Shown here: positions 23,236 to 31,315 of the stretch, piece after piece
How positions within the stretch are numbered: the first letter of the stretch is position 1
How the letters are laid out: every line of letters starts with the position of its first letter
DNA from: Ignavibacteria bacterium UBA7675
Lineage (GTDB): Bacteria; Bacteroidota; Ignavibacteria; Kapaibacteriales; UB7675
DNA length: 64,000 bases
Assembly: GCA_002483085.1 (NCBI GenBank)
Contig: DLHF01000073.1
Location: 10,703-74,702, forward strand
Reading direction: 5' to 3'
Made by a program: the position numbers and the translations under genes
Notes under the pieces: model-generated
The model's input: only the letters and a program-made list of their open reading frames with translations
The model's database searches: none
What the model was told of the DNA's origin: nothing

Positions 23236-24477
23236 ATGGATTACTCTACTCTGCTTCTCGAATTTATGGATGGTACGTTGGAGGGAACCAATGAGTTGGC
23301 TCTTTTTAATGCCCTGTCTTCAAACGAGGAACTGCGGGCCGAGTTCAAACATTTGCTCGCTATTTCCTCCTCCGTGCGGAACGATATTACACCGTTTCTT
23401 CCGCCAATCAGCTCGACACAGCATATTTTTACGCAGCTAGGCTTTACTCCCCCTCTGCCGGTGCTAGAGGCCGCAGTAGGAACTGCAGCCGGAGTAATGG
23501 CAGCTTCTGCTGGCAAGTCTGTGCTGTCGAATATATCTCGCTTCTTTCCGGCTATGGCTTCGGCAGTCCTCGCTTCGCTTACAACTGCCGCTATATTTAT
23601 ATCGCTCGGCGGGCAACAGCAGGAGCCCCTGCCTCCTGGCTCAATAGCACATGCGCCGCGCACACCTTCGCTCGACCGCATTGTGGCTCATAATCTCGGT
23701 GCCGGTAATGCACAGTTGCCGCAAGCTGCTGCCCAGCAAACACCCGTGCACGAAGTAGTCCGCTATGTGTACATTCCACAGCCTGTAGCACAGCAAAGCC
23801 AAAGCGAAGAAACTGCTGTACCGGTGGCAACAACCGAACCAGAACACACCGAGTACCAAACGCCTGAAGCAATCAGGCATGCGATGGCGCTGTCGGCTCA
23901 GCTTGGCTCATCAGAACTGCCTAAGCCAGATGCACGGCTTACGAGTACAAAGCCAGTGGCCATCCTGTCGGCAGGCAACTGGTGGGAATCCTCTCCCGCC
24001 GCCCTTACTGTAGAGCTGCGCGATAATGTATCTCTGTCGTTCCCAAGTGCTACTGTCGAGCCTACAACAACTTCGTGGTGGAACAACAAATCGCTAAGCC
24101 TCCTTTATGCGTTGAGCGACCGCCAGTCCGTTGGTGTTGAGCTCGGTCAAGAAGCATTTTTCCAGCGATTTGAAGCCCGCAACGCAGCGGGACGACGCTA
24201 TCAGTACGAGCAATCGCCAGTCCTGCAATGGGCAGGTGTTGCATACCGTTTCTCAATTTCCGAAATTGGTGCATTCAACCCGTTTGGCCAAGTGGTACTC
24301 GGCGGTACAAGAGTAGGCTATCTCGGCAAGACAATGGTCGGGGTCAATTACACGCCCACTCCGTCGCTGCGGCTAACCGCCGGTATTGAAGGCAGCCTGC
24401 TGTACTATCCAGTGCAAGGCTCCTTGTACCGTTCTGGAAAGCTCGGCTTCTCCTACGGGATTGGTTTTACCTTCTGA
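23236..24477 (+). CDS. Putative anti-sigma factor (FecR / RskA-like N-terminus, single transmembrane segment) with a C-terminal beta-rich (OMP-barrel-like) domain
   Basis: MDYSTLLLEFMDGTLEGTNELALFNALSSNEELRAEFKHLL resembles an anti-sigma N-terminal helix. A transmembrane segment is at about residues 105-125. The C-terminus ...GSLLYYPVQGSLYRSGKLGFSYGIGFTF alternates hydrophobic residues and ends in an aromatic residue. The gene sits immediately 3' of the ECF sigma gene. Confidence 0.5.
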   Translation: MDYSTLLLEFMDGTLEGTNELALFNALSSNEELRAEFKHLLAISSSVRNDITPFLPPISSTQHIFTQLGFTPPLPVLEAAVGTAAGVMAASAGKSVLSNISRFFPAMASAVLASLTTAAIFISLGGQQQEPLPPGSIAHAPRTPSLDRIVAHNLGAGNAQLPQAAAQQTPVHEVVRYVYIPQPVAQQSQSEETAVPVATTEPEHTEYQTPEAIRHAMALSAQLGSSELPKPDARLTSTKPVAILSAGNWWESSPAALTVELRDNVSLSFPSATVEPTTTSWWNNKSLSLLYALSDRQSVGVELGQEAFFQRFEARNAAGRRYQYEQSPVLQWAGVAYRFSISEIGAFNPFGQVVLGGTRVGYLGKTMVGVNYTPTPSLRLTAGIEGSLLYYPVQGSLYRSGKLGFSYGIGFTF

Positions 24478-24490
24478 GGCTGAGGCATGT

Positions 24491-25153
24491 ATGCCCGCGT
24501 TCTATCGATCTTTCTCTCTATTGCTGCTGTCGGCGATCCTCGCTCTGTGTTCCTGCGATTCGTCGCTTGATGTAGATGCAAAGAACCGCAAGGAAATTCC
24601 GCTCGACCCTGCGGATACATCGGCTCGTATTTTCCCTGACTCTATAGAGTTTGAGCTTTATCTCAAAAATGGTTGGGACGACAGCAGAATACGCCTTTAC
24701 CCCGATACGGGTTCAGTGCATATTTCTCTTGATACAATAGGCCCTATTCCCATACTCTGGGCTAATATAGAGTATTCACTTCATGATACAATTACCAGTA
24801 AGAATAGCACGACGCGGATTCTGCTTCGCAATGTGAGGCTGCGTGCGGATTCTGTTGCGGTCGACCGTATGTACCAAATGAGTGGCAGCCCGGATAATGG
24901 CAATGGAACAAGTGTGGGTATTGTGCGCTATGATGGCAGCTTCCCGTTGGATACTCTTACTATTGTTCCCCCATCTCAACCAGAGCAAGTACAGAGCTAC
25001 GCTACACTCTCTCTGGCTCCGACCGACTCGGGCGTATCTGGAGTTAAAAAAATCACAGGGGTGTACACGTTCTCTGCCATACTCTATGATGTAGCTTCCC
25101 AGCAAATTATTTCTCTCCCGCTGGAAGGTCTAATCAGTATTTACTGCCATTAA
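24491..25153 (+). CDS. Hypothetical secreted protein / lipoprotein
   Basis: MPAFYRSFSLLLLSAILALCSCDSS (signal peptide with Cys). Its 3' end overlaps the convergent photolyase gene by 20 nt. Confidence 0.45.
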   Translation: MPAFYRSFSLLLLSAILALCSCDSSLDVDAKNRKEIPLDPADTSARIFPDSIEFELYLKNGWDDSRIRLYPDTGSVHISLDTIGPIPILWANIEYSLHDTITSKNSTTRILLRNVRLRADSVAVDRMYQMSGSPDNGNGTSVGIVRYDGSFPLDTLTIVPPSQPEQVQSYATLSLAPTDSGVSGVKKITGVYTFSAILYDVASQQIISLPLEGLISIYCH

Positions 25154-26495
25154 TCCCCTTGTACTCTTGTGCTGCGTCAGCAAATGCCAGCAGGGTGCGT
25201 TTGCGGGCTTGTAAGTGGTCGACCACTGGTGTTGCATAGCGGCCTGTGTACAGTTCTGGAATCCATTTGCGACAGTATTCGTCGTGCGGATCGAATTTTT
25301 TACGCTGATTCTCCGGATTAAATATCCGAAAATAAGGAGCGGCATCGCACCCCGTACCAGCAGCCCACTGCCAGTTGCCATTGTTCGCAGCCAGATCATA
25401 GTCGAGAAGCTTTTCGGCAAAATACGCCTCGCCCCACCGCCAGTCTATCAGCAAATCTTTTACTAAGAAGCTCGCAACTGCCATGCGCACGCGGTTGTGC
25501 ATAAACCCCGTTGCATTGAGCTGGCGCATTCCCGCATCTACAAGTGGGAATCCTGTCTTTCCTTCGCACCACAGCCGGAACTCAGTATCGTTGTTGCGCC
25601 ATCGTATTCCGTTGAACTCCCGCCGATAGCACGAGTCTACAACATCAGGGCGGTGATACAGCACCATTATAAAAAATTCCCGCCAGATCAATTCGCTCAG
25701 CCAGACCTCGCTGTACTCACGCCCAAGACGTACCATATTCCGCACGCTTACAGTGCCAAAGCGCAAATGCACTCCTGTGTGCGTCGTGGCGTCAAGCGCA
25801 GGAACATCGCGGTTGGCAGCATAGGCTCGGAGCGTGTGCTCATCGGTACACGGCGGTGAGAATTCGGTAGCCGACGACGTCGTGAAGCCTACGTATTCTA
25901 TGGGCAGCAACGTTGTTTTTCCACGCGCTATATTTCCGAGATAATTCTCCGAAGGAAAGGACTCTACGTCTGCCGTGGCTTCGAGCCATTTCGCCTTGTA
26001 TGCAGTAAAGACCTGAAATGGCGTGCCCTGCCCCGTTAGTATTTCGTTTTTTGCATGTATTACCTGATCCTTGAATAGGCACAGTTGGCTGCCATGTTCC
26101 TGTAGCAGAGCGCCGACTTCGCCGTCGCGTTTGCGGGCATAGGGTTCGTAGTCTTCATTGGCAATGACAGCCTCAATTTTATAGCGATCAAGCATTCGTC
26201 GAAATACATCAATTGGACGCCCGCTGAGCACTAGCAAACCGCTGCCGCACATCTCTAATCGCTTGTGCAGATCATCCATCGCTTTGTGTATAAACTCTAT
26301 TCGCCTGTCGGCACGGCTGTGAAGTTGGCCGAGTATATCGGTGTCAAATATGAAAAGTGGGATAACTGGGCTTGTAGACCGTAGCGCGTGATACAATCCC
26401 GCATTATCGTGCAGACGCAAATCGCGCCGAAACCAAAAGATGCTGGCAGAGCCATGGACATCAAACTGGGCAAGATGGTTTTCGGGAAATAACAT
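25134..26495 (-). CDS. phr: Deoxyribodipyrimidine photolyase (cryptochrome/photolyase family)
   Basis: The N-terminus is FWFRRDLRLHDNAGL. The FAD-binding C-terminus is ...WQWAAGTGCDAAPYFRIFNP.... It is 453 aa. Confidence 0.85.
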   Translation of the reverse strand: MLFPENHLAQFDVHGSASIFWFRRDLRLHDNAGLYHALRSTSPVIPLFIFDTDILGQLHSRADRRIEFIHKAMDDLHKRLEMCGSGLLVLSGRPIDVFRRMLDRYKIEAVIANEDYEPYARKRDGEVGALLQEHGSQLCLFKDQVIHAKNEILTGQGTPFQVFTAYKAKWLEATADVESFPSENYLGNIARGKTTLLPIEYVGFTTSSATEFSPPCTDEHTLRAYAANRDVPALDATTHTGVHLRFGTVSVRNMVRLGREYSEVWLSELIWREFFIMVLYHRPDVVDSCYRREFNGIRWRNNDTEFRLWCEGKTGFPLVDAGMRQLNATGFMHNRVRMAVASFLVKDLLIDWRWGEAYFAEKLLDYDLAANNGNWQWAAGTGCDAAPYFRIFNPENQRKKFDPHDEYCRKWIPELYTGRYATPVVDHLQARKRTLLAFADAAQEYKGINGSKY

Positions 26496-26661
26496 AGCAT
26501 TTTCTATGTGTGGAACAATCTACAATCTCGCTGGGTAAAACCGCCAGATGCCAGCGTAAATAGACGGCTAAACACAAGAAAAAACAAAAGAGTTTCGCAA
26601 GGCATAAGTAAAATTTGTAATCATATAGTTTATTTAACCATCTCTGTTATTGGAGTTTTTT

Positions 26662-26811
26662 ATGCTCTGGACAATATTTATCATTCTGCTGATTCTGTGG
26701 CTGCTCGGTCTGGTTACCTCCTACACATTAGGCGGATTTATTCATATCCTTCTGGTAGTTGCACTTGTGGTCATTATCATCCAGATCATCCAGGGGCGCA
26801 GAGTTGTCTAA
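26662..26811 (+). CDS. lmo0937-family small membrane protein (49 aa); below the 60-aa ORF-track cutoff and therefore not in the supplied track
   Basis: MLWTIFIILLILWLLGLVTSYTLGGFIHILLVVALVVIIIQIIQGRRVV contains the MLWTI...LWLLG...GG(L/F)IHILLV signature of this family as I recall it. A GGAG sits 6 nt upstream of the ATG. Confidence 0.55.
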   Translation: MLWTIFIILLILWLLGLVTSYTLGGFIHILLVVALVVIIIQIIQGRRVV

Positions 26812-26916
26812 CCCGCCTGTAGATGATTGCCTCTCGGCAATCGCAACCGGCTCATGAACGCTCGCAGCTATACGTTTATCAACAACTACAATATTTCTGC
26901 CAAGGGAATAGGTACT

Positions 26917-27753
26917 ATGCAAGTAATAGCTCTTCACAAGCTCCTGATCGAAGAACTTCGAGATGTATATAGTGCGGAAAAACAGCTTGCGAAAGCTTTG
27001 CCCAAAGTAGCCAAAAAGACATCGTCGCCCCGGCTGCAAAAAGCATTCGCGAAATACATTGCAGAAATAGAAAAGCATGTTGAACGATTAGAACAAGTCT
27101 TTGAGCTTTTCGGCGAGAAGGTTCGTGCTAAAAAGTGCATGGCTGTCAAAGGGCTTCTTGACGGCGCGCGCAACTTGATGCAGGAAGATAGAGAACCCGA
27201 TGTGCGCGATGCCGGGTTATTATTGGCCGCTCAGAAAATTGGGCACTACAAAATGGCTATCTACGGAGCAGCGCGTACCTATTCTACTCTGCTCGGCAAC
27301 TCAAAGGCTACAAAACTGCTGCAAAAGACTCTCGGCGAGGAAGAAAAGGCGGACCAAGCTCTTACGCAACTTGCGGAAAGGGTGAACGTGGAAACTGCTA
27401 ATAACAACAGCGACCTCGGCGACCTCGGAGCTACAAACAGGCGCAGTGTATCTTCTGATGAAATAGCACCGAGAGCACAAAAAACGGCAGTAGGCGGGAA
27501 ACAACAAGGACGTGTTGCTTCCAATGCCAAAACGGCAGGTAAACACTCGATGGCCAAGAGCAAATCGCGCTATAAACCTGCCTCAACCCGAACAACAGAC
27601 AATGAGAACTATGAATCGATGATGGCTGAAGGCACAGCGACAGGGACGTCGCGCGATACCACTGGTCATGACGCTCAACATGCGCTACTCACTGATGCTT
27701 TTCCCCGTAATGGTGATGCAGGCGGTGACACGGATGTGGAGCGCCAAAGCTAA
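26917..27753 (+). CDS. DUF892 (YciE/YciF-like) ferritin-like protein with a long low-complexity C-terminal tail
   Basis: MQVIALHKLLIEELRDVYSAEKQLAKALPKVAKKTSSPRLQKAFAKYIAEIEKHVERLEQVFE matches the DUF892 N-terminal helices. The last roughly 120 aa are T/G/R/D/A-rich and predicted disordered. Confidence 0.65.
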   Translation: MQVIALHKLLIEELRDVYSAEKQLAKALPKVAKKTSSPRLQKAFAKYIAEIEKHVERLEQVFELFGEKVRAKKCMAVKGLLDGARNLMQEDREPDVRDAGLLLAAQKIGHYKMAIYGAARTYSTLLGNSKATKLLQKTLGEEEKADQALTQLAERVNVETANNNSDLGDLGATNRRSVSSDEIAPRAQKTAVGGKQQGRVASNAKTAGKHSMAKSKSRYKPASTRTTDNENYESMMAEGTATGTSRDTTGHDAQHALLTDAFPRNGDAGGDTDVERQS

Positions 27754-27865
27754 CAAATCTTGATCATCATCATCGTTGATGGCATTAGCTCGCGATCTGG
27801 TTCGACAGTGTAAAAAATACCATTGGACAATTCCTTAACGGGCAACCGTTTAGGTCATGGGGCAC

Positions 27866-27899
27866 GAAGGCGACGCATTGCGTCGCCTTCGATTTTTTT
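27866..27899 (+). terminator. Intrinsic terminator (GAAGGCGACGC-att-GCGTCGCCTTC followed by GATTTTTTTTC)
   Basis: A perfect 11-bp stem plus a T8 tract, 3' of the DUF892 gene. It may also serve the convergent M1 peptidase gene. Confidence 0.65.
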
Positions 27900-27938
27900 C
27901 ATCGTTTTCCCCTCTTCCCACAACACCCGATAGTATTT

Positions 27939-30224
27939 TTACTCCCAACTACTCTCTGTGACTTCGCAGAGTACGGAATTAAAAATATTAAACTTAATCT
28001 CTTTGGGTTTCATCGGCAGCGGTGGCAGAAGAATATCTTCTTCCGGTTTAGACACCATAATACGAAGCCGCACAAACTGATCTCCTCCGAAATCTATCGA
28101 CAATGGAATAGGCATCTGGAACCCATCGGGCACATTCTCCTGCTTTACACGCATAGTCACCTGATATTTGCCATCGGCTGTTTTTTCAGTCTTGTAGGCA
28201 TAGGTGTACTTTGGCACAGCAGTAGAGTACACCCACTGATTGAAAAACCAGTCCATATCCATCCCTATATGCTTTTCCACGATACCGTGAAAGTCATCGG
28301 TAGTAGCTCGTTGGCCCTGATACGTCGTGTAGAAGTCCTTCATCATCGCAAAAAAGCGGTCTTCCTTCAGCGAGCGAATATCAATAAAAATATTGCGAAG
28401 CATGTGCAGCACCCACGCCCCTTTTTCATAGATAATCAGGCTGTAGTCGCCACTAGTACTGCTCGTATTAGTGCGATATCCCAGAGAAACCGGCCCTGCT
28501 TGCACGCCCGTGCCAAAGATCGTCTTGCGGTTGTCCTGGATGCGGTCGCTCCACTTTTCGAGCTGTTTAAAGAACAGATCGTTGTCCTTGCGAATAAGCT
28601 GCATGTACATAAGGCCGGAGTAATGTGCAAATGCTTCGCTCAGCCACTGATCGTGGTAAGTGTTGATATCCACACCAATTCCCCACCATTGGTGAGCTAC
28701 TTCATGAGCGCGAAACATTTCGTCAACACCATACTGATCGGTCTCTTCAAATGTCGATGCCGATAAATGAATAAGCCCGGGAAACGCTTCGCCGTGCTCA
28801 AGGGGAATCGGGGTTGCGTAAAAACGGTCGATAGGTAGTTTGCCATACAGCTCTTGAAAAAAGGCTAAGCTGTTGACAATATCGTTTTTTACATCTTCTT
28901 TCATCGACTTTGTCGTGCCATCGCTCATCAGCAGCACCACGGGGGGAATCCTGTCGTCGCTGGCTTCCTTTTTGGTGAATTTACCAACATTGAACGAGCA
29001 GTTGCGAATGGGCAGCTTTGTCACCCAACGCGACGTTTTCACGCCGTCGTCTTCGTCCTCGGAAACATTGTTGCCAACGCCTGCCAGTTCGTAGCGTTCC
29101 GGGAAATGGTAGGTGACATCAAAAAGTGCTTTTTTTCGATAGCCATATCTTGGATACCAACCAGTAGAGCTCCACAGCACTAGCCAGTCGCCATAGCGGT
29201 TCATAACTCCGCCCTTGTAGTCCAGCTTGAGCGTGTACTTCTCCCCTTTTTTCATAGGCTGATCAAGGTGTATCCACAGAGTAGAATTATCCTTTCCTTT
29301 AAAATACTCTGCCATGGACGTGCTGCCCCACACTGCCGACTTGATATCCAGCTCGTGGTACAGGGAGAAAGGTATCCACTGCACCCCATCGGCCAGCCCT
29401 GTAAACTGCAACTCCGCCTTTGCAACCATATCCATCGCGGTAGACAGGGAAACATCAATTGTGTACTTATCCACTGCAATTACCGACTTATCCTCCGCCG
29501 GATCGATGCCGTGAAGATGCTCGGCTATCGTATGAAATTGGCAGATAACATCGTGTGCATAGGTGCCTATGCGTGTTTTCTTAGCGAGCCGCAACAGCGA
29601 CACTTCTTCTTCCTCATAAGGATTCACTGAAAAGAACAGCGGGCCATCTTTGCATTCGATATGCGCGTAGAACATACCATTTGTGGCATTTTCGAGAAAC
29701 GACTGGATAATCTGCGGCTGGACATAGTGCTGATCTGCGGAGTGAATATAGCCAACAGCAGCAGCGAGCACATTCTCCATCGGGCGCAAGGCATCGGCAG
29801 CTCCTCCTTTTGTGAGAAAAGGCCGAAGTTCCTCTATTGTGGAATCGGCGATAAACATTACTGTGGAAGAAATGTTTACAGAGAGTGCGCGAGTCTTGTA
29901 GAAGCGCTCAAGCTGCTCCTGTTCTACTGTGGTTGGCGGCGCGAAATCAAACCCGCCATTGCCGTAAAACACAACGGCGCGCACGGAACCCGCAATGGGT
30001 CGTGTCAACGCAATAGTACCGTTTTCAAACGTAAATTCGCCTGCTTCACGCTGAATCATAGCATTTGTAACAGTGTACACTTCTGCTGGATCGATGCTCA
30101 TTTGCGTGATAGCAGTGTACATATCCATATACGGCTGCGCAGCTCGGGCATGCAGCACCGGGGCAATCGCCAACAGAAGCACAACGAGAATAGAAAGAAC
30201 GGGACGGGGACGAGAACACATCAT
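27939..30224 (-). CDS. M1-family zinc metallopeptidase (aminopeptidase N-like), secreted
   Basis: The zinc-binding motifs are HEVAHQWWG (HExxH) plus WLSEAFAHY (third zinc ligand Glu). The signal peptide is MMCSRPRPVLSILVVLLLAIAPVLHARA. A canonical GAMEN exopeptidase motif was not seen. Confidence 0.65.
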   Translation of the reverse strand: MMCSRPRPVLSILVVLLLAIAPVLHARAAQPYMDMYTAITQMSIDPAEVYTVTNAMIQREAGEFTFENGTIALTRPIAGSVRAVVFYGNGGFDFAPPTTVEQEQLERFYKTRALSVNISSTVMFIADSTIEELRPFLTKGGAADALRPMENVLAAAVGYIHSADQHYVQPQIIQSFLENATNGMFYAHIECKDGPLFFSVNPYEEEEVSLLRLAKKTRIGTYAHDVICQFHTIAEHLHGIDPAEDKSVIAVDKYTIDVSLSTAMDMVAKAELQFTGLADGVQWIPFSLYHELDIKSAVWGSTSMAEYFKGKDNSTLWIHLDQPMKKGEKYTLKLDYKGGVMNRYGDWLVLWSSTGWYPRYGYRKKALFDVTYHFPERYELAGVGNNVSEDEDDGVKTSRWVTKLPIRNCSFNVGKFTKKEASDDRIPPVVLLMSDGTTKSMKEDVKNDIVNSLAFFQELYGKLPIDRFYATPIPLEHGEAFPGLIHLSASTFEETDQYGVDEMFRAHEVAHQWWGIGVDINTYHDQWLSEAFAHYSGLMYMQLIRKDNDLFFKQLEKWSDRIQDNRKTIFGTGVQAGPVSLGYRTNTSSTSGDYSLIIYEKGAWVLHMLRNIFIDIRSLKEDRFFAMMKDFYTTYQGQRATTDDFHGIVEKHIGMDMDWFFNQWVYSTAVPKYTYAYKTEKTADGKYQVTMRVKQENVPDGFQMPIPLSIDFGGDQFVRLRIMVSKPEEDILLPPLPMKPKEIKFNIFNSVLCEVTESSWE

Positions 30225-30273
30225 AAATACCTCAAACAGTGATGAGATGGAAGATAAACATAAGACGCCGGTG

Positions 30274-31209
30274 TTACTTCGAGAGTCGTTCCGGCTGCTT
30301 CAGCCATTTTTCAAAAAATTGTAATTTGTGTGCGCTGTACACCTGCCCACCATAAGCAGCAAGCGTGTTGTGTCCGGCACCGGGCACACTTACCCACTCT
30401 TTAAAGGGCGAGGCCAGCGCGCGAAATATCCTTCGACCATGCGAAATAGCAATGCGTTCGTCGGCTTCACCATGAGCGAGCAGTACAGGACAGCTAATGT
30501 GCGACGCAGACTTTGCAGGCTGCACCGAAGCGGCATCAAAGTGAGCCAGGATACAGGCCTGTGCCAGAGCTTCGCGGGCAACAAAATGAAACGGAATGGA
30601 CAGCATGTTCTTCTGGTACTCATAGACAACCTCATCGAGCGAGGCAAATGTACTTTCTACGACTCCGCACACAATACGCCGATCATACGCCATTGCCTGC
30701 AAAGCGATAGCACCACCAAGCGAGCTGCCGAGTATGCCAATTGGCCCTTGCACACCAACATGCTGCTCAATGGCATTAATGACACGCGCCACATCGACCT
30801 TTTCGTAAAAGCCATAGGTGCAATACCGCCCGGTGCTCCGGCCATGAGCACGGAGGTCGAACAGCACCGCATTATATCCGGCGTGTACGAGTTCGGCGGC
30901 TCCAGAGAGCATATGCTCTTTCACTCCACCAATGCCATGCAGCAAGAGAATTGTGCCCTTGGACTGTCCTTCCGCAGGCAAAAACCATGTATCGAGCACA
31001 ACTTGCTCGCCAGCATCGACGCCAAAGTGTATAGCGAACAGCCCTATCGATTCGGGGGTACACTGGTACAGCGGGTCGTCGGGTTGCGGTCGGGAGGGCA
31101 AAATAATAGCGTAAGGTGCGATATGGTACAAGCCATACCAGCAGGCTCCTGTGAACACGACTGTACACGCAAAAGCTGCTATGAGTAGTATGCGATATAA
31201 GCGTTTCAT
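30274..31209 (-). CDS. Alpha/beta-hydrolase-fold protein (membrane-anchored)
   Basis: MKRLYRILLIAAFACTVVFTGAC is the N-terminal anchor. The nucleophile elbow is GSSLGG. The oxyanion-hole context is ...LLLHGIGG.... Confidence 0.7.
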   Translation of the reverse strand: MKRLYRILLIAAFACTVVFTGACWYGLYHIAPYAIILPSRPQPDDPLYQCTPESIGLFAIHFGVDAGEQVVLDTWFLPAEGQSKGTILLLHGIGGVKEHMLSGAAELVHAGYNAVLFDLRAHGRSTGRYCTYGFYEKVDVARVINAIEQHVGVQGPIGILGSSLGGAIALQAMAYDRRIVCGVVESTFASLDEVVYEYQKNMLSIPFHFVAREALAQACILAHFDAASVQPAKSASHISCPVLLAHGEADERIAISHGRRIFRALASPFKEWVSVPGAGHNTLAAYGGQVYSAHKLQFFEKWLKQPERLSK

Positions 31210-31245
31210 AATTCGCGGAGATGGGTGGACACCACGTGGCATCTG

Positions 31246-31296
31246 ATGCGACCGGTGACAGCGACCAAACGTGCGCCGCAACGACGCCCGTGCCAC
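31246..31296 (+). repeat. Intergenic repeat, motif-2 copy (GCGACCGGTGACAGCGACC-aaacgtgcgccgca-ACGACGCCCGTGCCAC)
   Basis: Same conserved ends as the other motif-2 copies. It lies between the PP2C and hydrolase genes. Confidence 0.45.
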
Positions 31297-31315
31297 TGGC
31301 CTTCAGCCCTGAGCT

